Of a stretch of DNA of 41,089 nucleotides, positions 17,375-26,721 are shown in pieces (within the stretch, counting starts at the first letter, position 1; the number at the start of each line of letters is the position of its first letter). The translations under genes and the position numbers were made by a program. Origin of the DNA: a virus (lineage: Duplodnaviria; Heunggongvirae; Uroviricota; Caudoviricetes); the IMG/VR virus record IMGVR_UViG_2563366819_000008; one strand, 5' to 3'. Under the pieces are notes generated by a model, which was given only the letters and a program-made list of their open reading frames with translations, was not told the origin of the DNA and did not search any database.

Positions 17375-19845
17375 CAGAACCCACCAACAGTAAGGCGAGG
17401 AATAACGGCAAGAACAGACAGCGGCAACGGATCAAGCTGACGGATTTTTACACGTCCGTTTTTGCCCCAGTTACTGTCCAGTTTCACTTCTACTTTTCCG
17501 GTAGCATCATCAACAGGATCATCGTAGAACTCGAATTCACGCTGTGGATATTCGTACCATTTACCGCCGGGCGTAGTCGCCCAGATGCCGCGACTGGCAT
17601 TCACAACCAGAGTAACGGACGGGATCACCTGTTTTTTGTCCAGCAGCGTTTCCTGTCCGTTAATGTTGATATCCAGTGTTTCGAATTCAGCAGTTATTGG
17701 CAGGCCGATGTGCACTACAGCCCCCGGTGATTCCAGCGTGACGGCACCTCCGGAAACCACTTTCTGTGGTTCCACGTTCGCATCAGAGAGAATGTTTACG
17801 GTCTGGCCTTCAAGATGAGACAGGCCTCCAAATGTCCGGCGCGCCATCTGCCAGTTCGTGGTGGCCACATTCCTGAGGGATGGCGGGACGTTCCTGTTAG
17901 CACGAACCACTACAGCGGTATTGCTGGTTACAGAAATAATGTCGCAACGTAATTCTTTTGACACCTCATCGCCAGTATCAGGATCAGTTCCGGTATAAGG
18001 GAACTGTAGTTGCGCGCCGACATCACTACTGGTGAAGTACGCACCACCAGAAACACTGATTGTATATTCCGCGCGGTAATCCCATTCGCCAGAACCACCA
18101 GTGATGATCATCGTTCTGTCAGACGTATTTCTTCCATCATAGCTAAGGCCAGAATCAACAAAGAAAGCATCTTCATCGCTGGTAAATAAACGGCTGGACA
18201 GTCGCTCGATGTATCTCACTGTTTGCCCGTTAACGGTTCGGTTAACGACGAAATACACCGCATCTTCATTGCCTTCGCTGATACTGCATGTGCTTTCATA
18301 TTTTCCGGTACTGGATTGTGGTGCCCATGCAAAAACCTGCTGATCACGCAAATAGGTCATCACCAGTAATTTACCGTCATCACGAATGCAAAAGGCACTG
18401 GAGTAAGGGACAATCGAGAAGCACCAGTCAACAATGCTGTGCTTCTGAAAAAGATGATTGGCAAGGATGGTCAGGTCGTTCCCCTGATAGCCGTCAACAT
18501 CAAATGAGTAGGCCAGATCACGGACAACGCTGCCTTTCTCCTGGACGAACAGAGCAATATTCGCCACGGCAATTGGCGGGACGTTGCTTGAGCCATTTGA
18601 TCCCTGAGAGCTGAATGCGAATGATGATGGGGTAAGCACTTTGTTCTGGTCGCCGGTGATGACGTACTCACCTCCGGAAGTCAGCGCCACCAGCGAACCG
18701 ACATCAATCAGGTGGCGGATCTCATTAACCTGACGCCCGGCATAGGTGTAGATAATTCTGTCGTCATCCTGCGTAGGATTGCTTTTGCCAAAATCCTTAT
18801 AATCCCCGGTACGGCTGGCCCAGATAGTCTGAGGAAACGCAGTCGATGCGGCGAAGTAAAGACGTTGTTGATAATAAACAACAGTGCCAGGATAACCATT
18901 AACACTGTTCCAGGCATATTTAGCCCATTTATAGCTGGCATTATCCTCGCCAACTACCTGCGAAGGGATATAGGAAATCACCTCGGCAGTTGCAGTAGTT
19001 CCATTTGCAGCAGAGATACGGGCAATGCCAAAACCACTGTGCAGATACTCCCACTCAATGCCGGTATCATCATCACCGGATCCGCCCCAGCCATCCCATG
19101 ATGTGCCTTCTGTATGCGAAGGGCGCAAAGTGCCTGTTTTGCCTACTGTAACGGCGCGATAGTAGTTACTGTCTGCACGGCGAATATCGCCAATTGACGT
19201 ACTCTTACTGGTTTCCCATACCGGCACAGAATCCACTGCAGGCTGTTCCAGATAGAACAATTTGCCTACCTGCTCCGCGCCAAAAATAGAGGCGCTTGCC
19301 GTTAACGTAATTGTCCCGGTGCTGGCGCTGGCATAAACCGTCACTGACTCGTCAATATTGATATCTTCAAATGGTCCGTTCTTCGTTACCACATCAACCA
19401 GTTGCCAGTTGTCATGCGCATAGCGACGCAACTCTTTCGGCGGGTATGCCGGATGAACAAGCGTAAGCACGTCGGCGCTTTGCGTGAATTTAATTCGGAA
19501 CAGATCGGCTTCAGTATATGGCGTGGCAATTTCATAAATAACATTGCTGCTGTTCAGCACCAACGCACCATCTTTGATAACGCGCATGTACTGGTGTCCG
19601 AACTCCAGAGCATAGGTCTGAACCGTCGAGAACTGGAACGGGATCAGGCGGCATTTCCGATTTGGGTATTTGGCGGCACCGACAAAACGCGTACCTGGTC
19701 GATTCTCAACGCCGCCATACTGCCGCACGATAAAGTTATCGCACTTGCGCAATGCCACCTGGTACTTCGCCATGTCAATACGCCCGTACAACGACGGTCC
19801 AATCTCACCACCGGCAAAGCTGGGCTGGATCCAACTGATAGCCAT
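17374..19845 (-). CDS. Tail tubular protein B-like (nozzle), 823 aa
   Basis: Size and position immediately after a tail tubular A-like gene. Confidence 0.5.
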   Translation of the reverse strand: MAISWIQPSFAGGEIGPSLYGRIDMAKYQVALRKCDNFIVRQYGGVENRPGTRFVGAAKYPNRKCRLIPFQFSTVQTYALEFGHQYMRVIKDGALVLNSSNVIYEIATPYTEADLFRIKFTQSADVLTLVHPAYPPKELRRYAHDNWQLVDVVTKNGPFEDINIDESVTVYASASTGTITLTASASIFGAEQVGKLFYLEQPAVDSVPVWETSKSTSIGDIRRADSNYYRAVTVGKTGTLRPSHTEGTSWDGWGGSGDDDTGIEWEYLHSGFGIARISAANGTTATAEVISYIPSQVVGEDNASYKWAKYAWNSVNGYPGTVVYYQQRLYFAASTAFPQTIWASRTGDYKDFGKSNPTQDDDRIIYTYAGRQVNEIRHLIDVGSLVALTSGGEYVITGDQNKVLTPSSFAFSSQGSNGSSNVPPIAVANIALFVQEKGSVVRDLAYSFDVDGYQGNDLTILANHLFQKHSIVDWCFSIVPYSSAFCIRDDGKLLVMTYLRDQQVFAWAPQSSTGKYESTCSISEGNEDAVYFVVNRTVNGQTVRYIERLSSRLFTSDEDAFFVDSGLSYDGRNTSDRTMIITGGSGEWDYRAEYTISVSGGAYFTSSDVGAQLQFPYTGTDPDTGDEVSKELRCDIISVTSNTAVVVRANRNVPPSLRNVATTNWQMARRTFGGLSHLEGQTVNILSDANVEPQKVVSGGAVTLESPGAVVHIGLPITAEFETLDININGQETLLDKKQVIPSVTLVVNASRGIWATTPGGKWYEYPQREFEFYDDPVDDATGKVEVKLDSNWGKNGRVKIRQLDPLPLSVLAVIPRLTVGGF

Positions 19846-20453
19846 CAGGACAACCTCGCAATGGTAAACTCGTCAACCGGTGGCTGTGGTTCCTGTGATT
19901 CATTCTGGCTATGCGAGCCAGCACTAAGAATCACGCGATTGTACATATTGAGAGCAAATGTACCGAGATCCGCATTCCCAGTCAGCGCCATGTTAATGGC
20001 TGCCGCAAGACGCCAGGCCAGCGCCTCCATAAAAATGGCATCAAACATGTTTACATCTGAAACGCGAGAGACATACTTGAGCCATGCCTGCGGCTGGTCT
20101 GTGTAGATCAATTTTCCTGTTCCGTTGGTGTCTGCACCAACTTCGTACTGAACGCGCATTGCTGCTGTTGGATTGCGTACACCAGGAAGCATAATTTCAG
20201 TAATGCGCAGACAATCTGACGGGTACTGGTACGCATATTCCCAGTCAGGCGGTGGATTGCTCGTATCTGCAAGCGCCACGCGTTTGGTAGCAAAGTTCCA
20301 GTCAAAATCAGAAAGCACAGTATCACGGCAGGCCTCAAAGTGCAGCGAACATTCCCCCGCTTCCTTGCTGGCTTCCGTCAGGCTGTTAATGCTGCGGCTG
20401 TTGCCAATATTGGACAGCGCACGATTACAGATCTCTACTACAGAGGCCATCAC
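19845..20453 (-). CDS. Tail tubular protein A-like (adaptor), 202 aa
   Basis: Size about 200 aa and N-terminal pattern resembling T7 gp11-type proteins. Confidence 0.5.
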   Translation of the reverse strand: MMASVVEICNRALSNIGNSRSINSLTEASKEAGECSLHFEACRDTVLSDFDWNFATKRVALADTSNPPPDWEYAYQYPSDCLRITEIMLPGVRNPTAAMRVQYEVGADTNGTGKLIYTDQPQAWLKYVSRVSDVNMFDAIFMEALAWRLAAAINMALTGNADLGTFALNMYNRVILSAGSHSQNESQEPQPPVDEFTIARLS

Positions 20454-20779
20454 TCACCTCCGTTACCGTACAGAGTTTCAGCCGCTGATTTTTCTACATC
20501 CCCGGAAACAGGAGCGATCGCCATATCAGTGATCTGCAGATCGGCGCTGCGATTAACGCCATCGTCAGTTTCTCTGGCAGACAGGCCTCGAATAACAGCC
20601 TTTGCAGTTATCATCACTTCCGTTCCGACGCCCTTAGGTTGCGCCTTCAGCTTATTCAATGTGTCGTTATTCAGCGTGATGCACAGCCCCCACGGGTATT
20701 CATCGCGAGTTCTGGTTTCTCCGCTCTCATCCTGGTAGCTGTCAGTGCCGGTTTTGAGGTTTACGAGTTCCATATACAC
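20450..20779 (-). CDS. Hypothetical head/tail-joining module protein
   Basis: Position between capsid and tail genes. Confidence 0.4.
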   Translation of the reverse strand: MYMELVNLKTGTDSYQDESGETRTRDEYPWGLCITLNNDTLNKLKAQPKGVGTEVMITAKAVIRGLSARETDDGVNRSADLQITDMAIAPVSGDVEKSAAETLYGNGGE

Positions 20780-20823
20780 TCCTGCAATAAAGGGGCCGAA
20801 GCCCCTTGTCTGATCCGCGAGGC

Positions 20824-21168
20824 TTACACGCCCAGTTCTTTACGCTTATCTGCGATCTTCTCGCGTAGCGTTTCGGCTTTGGCGTTATGGTGTGGCTTCT
20901 CGTTAAAGAGCAATTCGTACTCTTCACGGAGCTTATCCAGTTCACCATCATCTGACACATCGTTGATGATTTTGGTGCTGGTTGCTGCCATTGACACCTT
21001 TCCTGCAACTTTTGCTTTTGCCTGTCTGGCTGCATCGTTAACAGGTTCCAGTGCGCTACCAGGCTCACCTTCGTATTCGATTTCTGCCCCCTCCGGCCAC
21101 AGAGTGTTATGGATATGAGAGAGGCGCAGAACGCGGTATCTTGGTTTCTCACCTGACATCGATATCAC
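20824..21168 (-). CDS. Hypothetical small virion protein
   Basis: Position downstream of major capsid gene. Confidence 0.4.
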   Translation of the reverse strand: MISMSGEKPRYRVLRLSHIHNTLWPEGAEIEYEGEPGSALEPVNDAARQAKAKVAGKVSMAATSTKIINDVSDDGELDKLREEYELLFNEKPHHNAKAETLREKIADKRKELGV

Positions 21169-21169
21169 C

Positions 21170-21607
21170 TTAACCAGTTACTTTTGAGCGGATCGGGTAC
21201 GGCGTATTGGCATCAACATCCAGACTGATACCCGCAGTGAATTTGCCAGCCGTTAGTGGGCCAGTTGCGACGGAGTAGTTAACACGCAGATATCGCTGAA
21301 CACCGGCAGGCACCTTTGCAGAAACAACTCGTTTACCTGCTGTCAGGGCGGTCTTTGCCAGTGCGCCACTATCATAAATAGTGGTCCATGAGCTGTTATT
21401 CTCACTCGTCTGCAACTGGATGTTTACAGTTGCATCACCGCTTGCTGCGGCGGCTGCGTTAACCAGCACCCAAAACTCAAGCGGGTAACCCACGCCGATA
21501 TCACGACGTTTTCCGTCAATTGGACCGAGATCGATTACGTCAGTAGAAGCCGCGGTATCAGTTACCGCCTGTGCTTCGGAGAACATCAACAGTTTGTCGG
21601 TGATCAT
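21170..21607 (-). CDS. Hypothetical capsid-associated protein (decoration candidate)
   Basis: Immediately after major capsid gene; beta-rich composition. Confidence 0.4.
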   Translation of the reverse strand: MITDKLLMFSEAQAVTDTAASTDVIDLGPIDGKRRDIGVGYPLEFWVLVNAAAAASGDATVNIQLQTSENNSSWTTIYDSGALAKTALTAGKRVVSAKVPAGVQRYLRVNYSVATGPLTAGKFTAGISLDVDANTPYPIRSKVTG

Positions 21608-21658
21608 CTTCTTTCTCCATTAGTGGGCCTGTTGCGGCCCACAGGTTAATAACAGGCG

Positions 21659-22651
21659 TTACACCACGCGGGCTTCTGTTTCCAGAAGTGCGTCAGTTTC
21701 GCGAATCGGCACACCACGAAGTGCTGTCCACCATTCGCCTTCTGTCTCTTTCACGCTGATCGCCAGAGAACTCTTCTCCAGAGATTGCAGGTCAAGCACT
21801 TCGTTAATGGTTCTGTTCATGTAGAAAACAGGACGTCCCATCCCACGATTTGGGATTCGATGAAGGGCACGAATCATCAGTTTTGCGATATTCGCGGCAG
21901 TAGAAGGAGCGTCAAGATTACTGACATCAATGTTTGCGATACGAACTACATAGCGCCAGTCACGTAATGTCAGCCCGTTGTCCCACTTATAATGGGTACG
22001 ATAACCTTCGTACTTGCCGCCATTAGCATCTTCCAGTGTCACCTGACCTTTATCTTCCATCTGAATGCCAGCCTTCTGCCCTTTCGGGAAGATGCCATGC
22101 ACGGTGTTTTCGCCCCACACCACTAACCAGATTGAAGTGTTATCTGTACCCGTGCCACCAGCATCAATGATGTTCTGAGCATTACCCGCAGACAGGCTGG
22201 AATAGCGGGAGGACAGTCCCATAAACTGCTGAGGGTTAACGCTGGAATCACCGTAAAACAGCGTCTGCGCCATCGCCTGATTCATCGCTTCAATAAATGC
22301 TCGGTCTTCAGACAGGCGGAATTCGGCAGTATTACCGTTCAGATCAGCCAGAGACTTATCGACTTCAGCATAGGTTTCCAGCATGCCAATGGAATCAGTG
22401 ACCTGCACCGTTGTTGATTTGCTCGGTTGTACGCCATAGTTCAGCAAACGCCAGGTAGCGGAAGGTAAACCAGAACGAATGGTGGTTCGGTGTCCGGTAG
22501 GAAGGTTTCCTTCAACAAAAGGCATATCCTGAAGGATTGGGTTAGTTTGACTGAGAAGCTCGATAATCTTATCGACTTTCCCGTTTGGATCGACGCGCTT
22601 ACCCCAGTCAGCCAGCGTTAGCGCAGTTAAGCCTTTAACAGCCATTGTCAT
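21659..22651 (-). CDS. Major capsid protein (330 aa)
   Basis: Size and position directly after scaffold gene; strong RBS. Confidence 0.6.
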   Translation of the reverse strand: MTMAVKGLTALTLADWGKRVDPNGKVDKIIELLSQTNPILQDMPFVEGNLPTGHRTTIRSGLPSATWRLLNYGVQPSKSTTVQVTDSIGMLETYAEVDKSLADLNGNTAEFRLSEDRAFIEAMNQAMAQTLFYGDSSVNPQQFMGLSSRYSSLSAGNAQNIIDAGGTGTDNTSIWLVVWGENTVHGIFPKGQKAGIQMEDKGQVTLEDANGGKYEGYRTHYKWDNGLTLRDWRYVVRIANIDVSNLDAPSTAANIAKLMIRALHRIPNRGMGRPVFYMNRTINEVLDLQSLEKSSLAISVKETEGEWWTALRGVPIRETDALLETEARVV

Positions 22652-22659
22652 TTCCTCTC

Positions 22660-23355
22660 TTATTTGCCATAGAGCACTTCGGCCGCACTACGCTGGCCTT
22701 CATTACCACCGGTGACCATGCCATCTTCAGACATCGCCTTTCCGATTTTCACGAACGTTTTGACCAGATCAGGGTGATTACCCAGCCCGGTGGTGTTCAG
22801 ATATTCTTTGAGCTCAGGTGTCCCGAACTGGTCAAGCGCACGCTGTGCGGCGCTAAGGTTAGAAATCAACTTGTCGCCACCGATTTCTTTGTCAGCTTTT
22901 ACATCCGCAGCCCACTGCTCGGTTGTTTTCTGCCAGGCTTCTGCCTGGCGCTGCTGAACACCTGCCAGAATCTTCGGATAAGCATCAACCAGCTTTTGCG
23001 CTTGCTCGTTGGTCAGGTTAAGTTCTCGCGCCACAGGCTCGAATTCCTTCAACGCTTCTGTATCCAGCTCTACGCCTTCGGCAGCCTGAAACTCGTACTT
23101 CTCAGGCGCACCCTCTGGTTTATCGCCGTCCTTTTTTTCATCCTGCTTATCGTTTTCAGGCTTTTTGTCATCAGCAGGTTTATCGCCATCAGCAACAGGT
23201 TGTGGCTTATCACCTTCCGATTGTGATGGATCACCAACTGGAGCATGGTTATCACCTGCAGGCGCTGACGGTTCTGACGCAGCCGGAGCTGCTCCACCAT
23301 CGACTGGTTGCTCATTGCAAAGACGGCGATACAGCAAACGCTCAAATAAATTCAT
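22660..23355 (-). CDS. Scaffolding protein
   Basis: Acidic, low-complexity Pro/Asp/Lys-rich N-terminus and helical C-terminus; between portal and capsid. Confidence 0.55.
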   Translation of the reverse strand: MNLFERLLYRRLCNEQPVDGGAAPAASEPSAPAGDNHAPVGDPSQSEGDKPQPVADGDKPADDKKPENDKQDEKKDGDKPEGAPEKYEFQAAEGVELDTEALKEFEPVARELNLTNEQAQKLVDAYPKILAGVQQRQAEAWQKTTEQWAADVKADKEIGGDKLISNLSAAQRALDQFGTPELKEYLNTTGLGNHPDLVKTFVKIGKAMSEDGMVTGGNEGQRSAAEVLYGK

Positions 23356-23357
23356 GA

Positions 23358-23654
23358 TCACTCCTGTTCACTGGCCTCTTTGGCCATCTTCAAATACTGT
23401 TCAGGGCAATGCGCCATAACGCGCTGAAACAGTTCCAGCGCCAGATTGCGTTGCCCCTCATTAAATGCCATTGCCATAGCGTCCATCGGTGAGATAGCGG
23501 AAAACACACGGCCTTTCTCCAGCACCGACCAGACAACGCGACGCCCCTGTTCACTGCTCATGACAAAGCGAATGTCATCAATTTCACGCTGTGCCATGTC
23601 ACGTTGCTTACGGGCGTTTTCTTCTTTCAGTTGATCATCTTCGTAATCTGTCAT
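23358..23654 (-). CDS. Hypothetical small protein between portal and scaffold
   Basis: Overlaps portal stop; conserved position in head module. Confidence 0.4.
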   Translation of the reverse strand: MTDYEDDQLKEENARKQRDMAQREIDDIRFVMSSEQGRRVVWSVLEKGRVFSAISPMDAMAMAFNEGQRNLALELFQRVMAHCPEQYLKMAKEASEQE

Positions 23655-25330
23655 TGTGATTGCCCACCCTGACCACTAACTGCATTCGCCATAGCTGACA
23701 AAACACTCGGATCCGAAGTTTTAGCTTCGCTTAGCGTCTTGGCGCCCTGTGCCGCCGCCATTCCCATCGCCATCATTTGTTGCTGCTGTTGCTGCTGTGC
23801 CCGTTGCTGGCGAGCCTGCTCAACCTGTTCCTGCGGAACAATGACGGTTGGAGACACTCCGGACATATCAGCGAATGCATCGATCGCCTGATCAACGTTG
23901 AGTTTGTCGAGAGCTTCTGGTTTCGCTTGCGCAAGTTGACCAATGAAGTTGACCGTAGACGCCAGACTGGACAGGCCGATAGACTTCTGCGCCTGAGCCA
24001 TGACGGAAATGTATTCGACCTTCAGGGGCATACCTTCCATCGCGTCAGGCGGTGGCGGCAGCATGTTTTTACGCACCATCATCGAGAAAGCGCGGTCAAT
24101 GAGAGGATTAAGACATTCGTCGTTCAGACGCTCCAGAACCGGCCCCAACATCAGAAGTTTTTCTTCTTTCATTTCGATCACCGCTTCAACAGGCATCGAG
24201 CGGGTATTGATGTTCTGCAACATCATGAACAGATCGACAAAGTAGGCGCTGTTAATGATTTGACGAGTGTCCTGAATGTCTGCCACCAAATCTGCTGTAC
24301 TGGGGTTAACCAGATAAGCAGGCCTGAAACCATCCTGACCAGTAATCTGATCGATATACGTGATGTCGCCAGGAAGAAGGGAGGCACGCTGATTCTTGAG
24401 GGAAGTCGGAGCAACCATCGGCGGATTGGTGGCTTTATCAATCAACTGCGACTTGCGCTTCTGGAGAAGCTGCAATGCCTTAACAGGTCCAAGCGCCAGC
24501 ATACCCGGGCATGATGATCCATAAACATCTTCGCCGTTAACTTCCCAGCGCGGAGCCATAATTGGAAACTCATCGAATCCGGACTCACGCAACAACTTGT
24601 CGTTATCGCCACCAACCTCGTAATAAACCGATTTGAATGGCTTGTTCTTGCTATCCAGCTTCGATGTATCGCGGTCAATGTTCGGGTAAACCGAATGCAT
24701 CACTTCAATCCACTTCTCGTAGGTGCCGCTTTCCCACATGCTTTTTACGGATTCGCTGACGTTATTTAGCCCGAACTCCTGAACAAGCTGACGAACAGTC
24801 ATAGAGAACTTGCGAAAACAGGTGTCCACACTGCCACGAGGTGAGTTAGCCAGGTAGTAACTGCCTATCGGGAATGGCATTGTGCGAATGATGTCCTCGT
24901 CATCCTCCAGCACCGCCATTGCACCAGTGCTGTATGTGCCGAGGCTTCCGTATAACTGCGGCAGCGACTGATAGAGATTCGACTTATTGAACATATCGTT
25001 CATGCGGTTCTGCACCGCCTCAAGCCACAACTTAACAGGGCCATAATCCATCATTTCAGGATCTGGCGTAGCCAGGCGAAACCACGGACGCGCAGGGCTT
25101 GTGATGCCTGACATCATGCCGCTGGCGAGAGTGCGCGCCGCCATAGTCCCGGTCGAATCAATAATGCGTGTGTTGCGTCGATCGTTACGGTTGACCTCAG
25201 AAGTCAGAAAGCGGGAACCACGCGGGTTGATGTAATCACTCAACTCGCGCCAGTGCGGCTCGAACGACTGACGCTCGCTTTCAAGTTGTGCGAACTGTTT
25301 GTTCAATCGCTCTTTAGTTGTTTCCGCCAT
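23651..25330 (-). CDS. Portal protein (T7-like head-to-tail connector), 559 aa
   Basis: Size, position after terminase, Gln-rich C-terminal tail. Confidence 0.75.
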   Translation of the reverse strand: MAETTKERLNKQFAQLESERQSFEPHWRELSDYINPRGSRFLTSEVNRNDRRNTRIIDSTGTMAARTLASGMMSGITSPARPWFRLATPDPEMMDYGPVKLWLEAVQNRMNDMFNKSNLYQSLPQLYGSLGTYSTGAMAVLEDDEDIIRTMPFPIGSYYLANSPRGSVDTCFRKFSMTVRQLVQEFGLNNVSESVKSMWESGTYEKWIEVMHSVYPNIDRDTSKLDSKNKPFKSVYYEVGGDNDKLLRESGFDEFPIMAPRWEVNGEDVYGSSCPGMLALGPVKALQLLQKRKSQLIDKATNPPMVAPTSLKNQRASLLPGDITYIDQITGQDGFRPAYLVNPSTADLVADIQDTRQIINSAYFVDLFMMLQNINTRSMPVEAVIEMKEEKLLMLGPVLERLNDECLNPLIDRAFSMMVRKNMLPPPPDAMEGMPLKVEYISVMAQAQKSIGLSSLASTVNFIGQLAQAKPEALDKLNVDQAIDAFADMSGVSPTVIVPQEQVEQARQQRAQQQQQQQMMAMGMAAAQGAKTLSEAKTSDPSVLSAMANAVSGQGGQSQ

Positions 25331-25344
25331 TTCAATGACTCCGG

Positions 25345-25551
25345 TTACTGACCAAGCAGCGTTTTACCGCTGGTATTAGCAGTTGATGTGTCGCCCTGAG
25401 AACCGGTAAGCAGCGTAGAACTACGACCAGCAGCAGCGCGACGGCGACGAGTTTCTTCGTCGCGGGCATCAACAACGGCGGCATCCTGCTCCTGTGGTGC
25501 TGCCTGAACTTCTGGTGTTGCAGGCACTGATGGTGAGCTACCCATGCACAT
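25345..25551 (-). CDS. Questionable small ORF upstream of portal
   Basis: Two overlapping frames (25345..25551 and 25332..25571) compete; low-complexity product. Confidence 0.2.
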   Translation of the reverse strand: MCMGSSPSVPATPEVQAAPQEQDAAVVDARDEETRRRRAAAGRSSTLLTGSQGDTSTANTSGKTLLGQ

Positions 25552-25640
25552 ATCAATGACTCCGTACGCAATTAAATTATTACCAATTTAACCACATATG
25601 ATTTATTTATCGTAGACAGTTGACATTTAACGCGCGAATT

Positions 25641-25657
25641 ATTACCTTTCAGGTAAC
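25641..25657. promoter_or_regulatory. Operator-like palindrome ATTACC-TTTCA-GGTAAC upstream of the portal operon
   Basis: Same TTACC-N5-GGTAA motif; TTGACA-like hexamer about 20 bp to the left. Confidence 0.55.
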
Positions 25658-25978
25658 CAAAGAGTTCATTCCGGTTACTAACCTGACTGGCTTGTCGTTA
25701 AATTGAACAGGTGGAGTGAGCTTTTATTTTGAGCAGTACGGCGTATGGCACATGCGACGATAGCGGTCTGGATACGTTTAAGGGGCACCCTCCCTTGCTC
25801 GGGCAAACGAACCAGGTAGCCGGAATGTGCAAGTCGAGCGGTTTTATTCCGCGCACGGGGATTCACCATCCCGGCTATTCGGTGTGACGCCTCGGAAGAG
25901 ACGAGGGTACAACGATGAGAGCATTTATGGAGCCGCGACAAAGTGTGGCGCCTTAACAGGCTAAGTGCTCTCAGCGTT

Positions 25979-26055
25979 GTGGCATTAGCTCAGTCGGACA
26001 GAGCAACCGCCTTCTAAGCGGTTGGTCGCAGGTTCGAATCCTGCATGCCACGCCA
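25979..26055 (+). tRNA. tRNA-Arg, anticodon UCU (reads AGA)
   Basis: Acceptor stem GTGGCAT/ATGCCAC, D arm GCTC/GAGC, anticodon stem ACCGC/GCGGT with loop CTTCTAA, T arm GCAGG-TTCGAAT-CCTGC, 3' GCCA; similar but not identical to host argU. Confidence 0.85.
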
Positions 26056-26098
26056 GAATCACGCCTAAGGACCGTGATGCCAGAAGTTCCAGGTGCTT

Positions 26099-26140
26099 GG
26101 CGGTGATGGTTTCCCTTGAAGGACTATCACCGCCCTTTTT
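26099..26140 (+). terminator. Hairpin (GGCGGTGAT/ATCACCGCC) plus T-run after the tRNA
   Basis: Seen in sequence; long loop, so strength uncertain. Confidence 0.45.
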
Positions 26141-26218
26141 ACAGCAGGACGCCATTGCGATGACTTCATGCTGTAAACCAGTACAGCCACGGAAGGCATA
26201 ACTCATTGCTTCCAGTTC

Positions 26219-26242
26219 GCCCGGTTCGCCGGGCATTTTTTT
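26219..26242 (+). terminator. Intrinsic terminator-like hairpin GCCCGG-TTCG-CCGGGC plus A-T7, immediately upstream of the RBS of the 26254 ORF
   Basis: Seen in sequence; followed directly by aaggtgag and ATG. Confidence 0.55.
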
Positions 26243-26253
26243 AAGGTGAGATC

Positions 26254-26676
26254 ATGAAAACAGCCGACATGCTAGCTAAATATCTAAATGAATGGCCGTG
26301 CAAATATGTACGCATTGTTCAGGGTGATGATTCAATTTTTTATGGTGTTTTTGCAGGAAATGAAATGCTTTGTGAAGCAATTCCAGGTGAGCGACTTGCC
26401 GGGTTAACGCTTAGCGATGACCATGGAATAGGAGTTACTTGCCATGACTGGATTTCAGCGCAGAAAACTGAAATGGAAAAAGGCAATGTGTTTGATATTT
26501 CTCGCGCTGTATACGCCAAAGAAAAAAGTGATGATGATTACATGCGCGAAAACTTATACAACATGAAGTTACAATGCCTGGCTGAAGTGCTTAGTAAAAG
26601 ATCTTTACTTGATGTGGTTGGTGCTGAGCAGGACGCCAAGGCAATCAACGCCGCATTCGATAAAATAACCTTCTAA
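26254..26676 (+). CDS. Hypothetical cytoplasmic protein (140 aa), cargo gene antisense to the late operon
   Basis: Good RBS; no TM or signal peptide; own terminator; no family recognised. Confidence 0.5.
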   Translation: MKTADMLAKYLNEWPCKYVRIVQGDDSIFYGVFAGNEMLCEAIPGERLAGLTLSDDHGIGVTCHDWISAQKTEMEKGNVFDISRAVYAKEKSDDDYMRENLYNMKLQCLAEVLSKRSLLDVVGAEQDAKAINAAFDKITF

Positions 26677-26680
26677 CGCC

Positions 26681-26692
26681 GTGACATGTCAC
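26681..26692. repeat. 12-bp perfect palindrome GTGACATGTCAC (copy 2 of 3)
   Basis: Between the 26676 stop and the terminator hairpin. Confidence 0.8.
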
Positions 26693-26697
26693 AATCA

Positions 26698-26721
26698 GCC
26701 CGCCGATTCGCGGGCTTTTTT
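26698..26721 (+). terminator. Intrinsic terminator GCCCGC-cgattc-GCGGGC plus T6
   Basis: Overlaps the 3' end of terL on the other strand. Confidence 0.65.

Noticed and set aside
25678-25941. 87-aa minus-strand ORF with TTG start
   Set aside because: Lies in the structured non-coding region upstream of the tRNA, no RBS, odd composition.
25985-26236. 83-aa minus-strand ORF
   Set aside because: Overlaps the tRNA-Arg gene and its terminator; no RBS; spurious.
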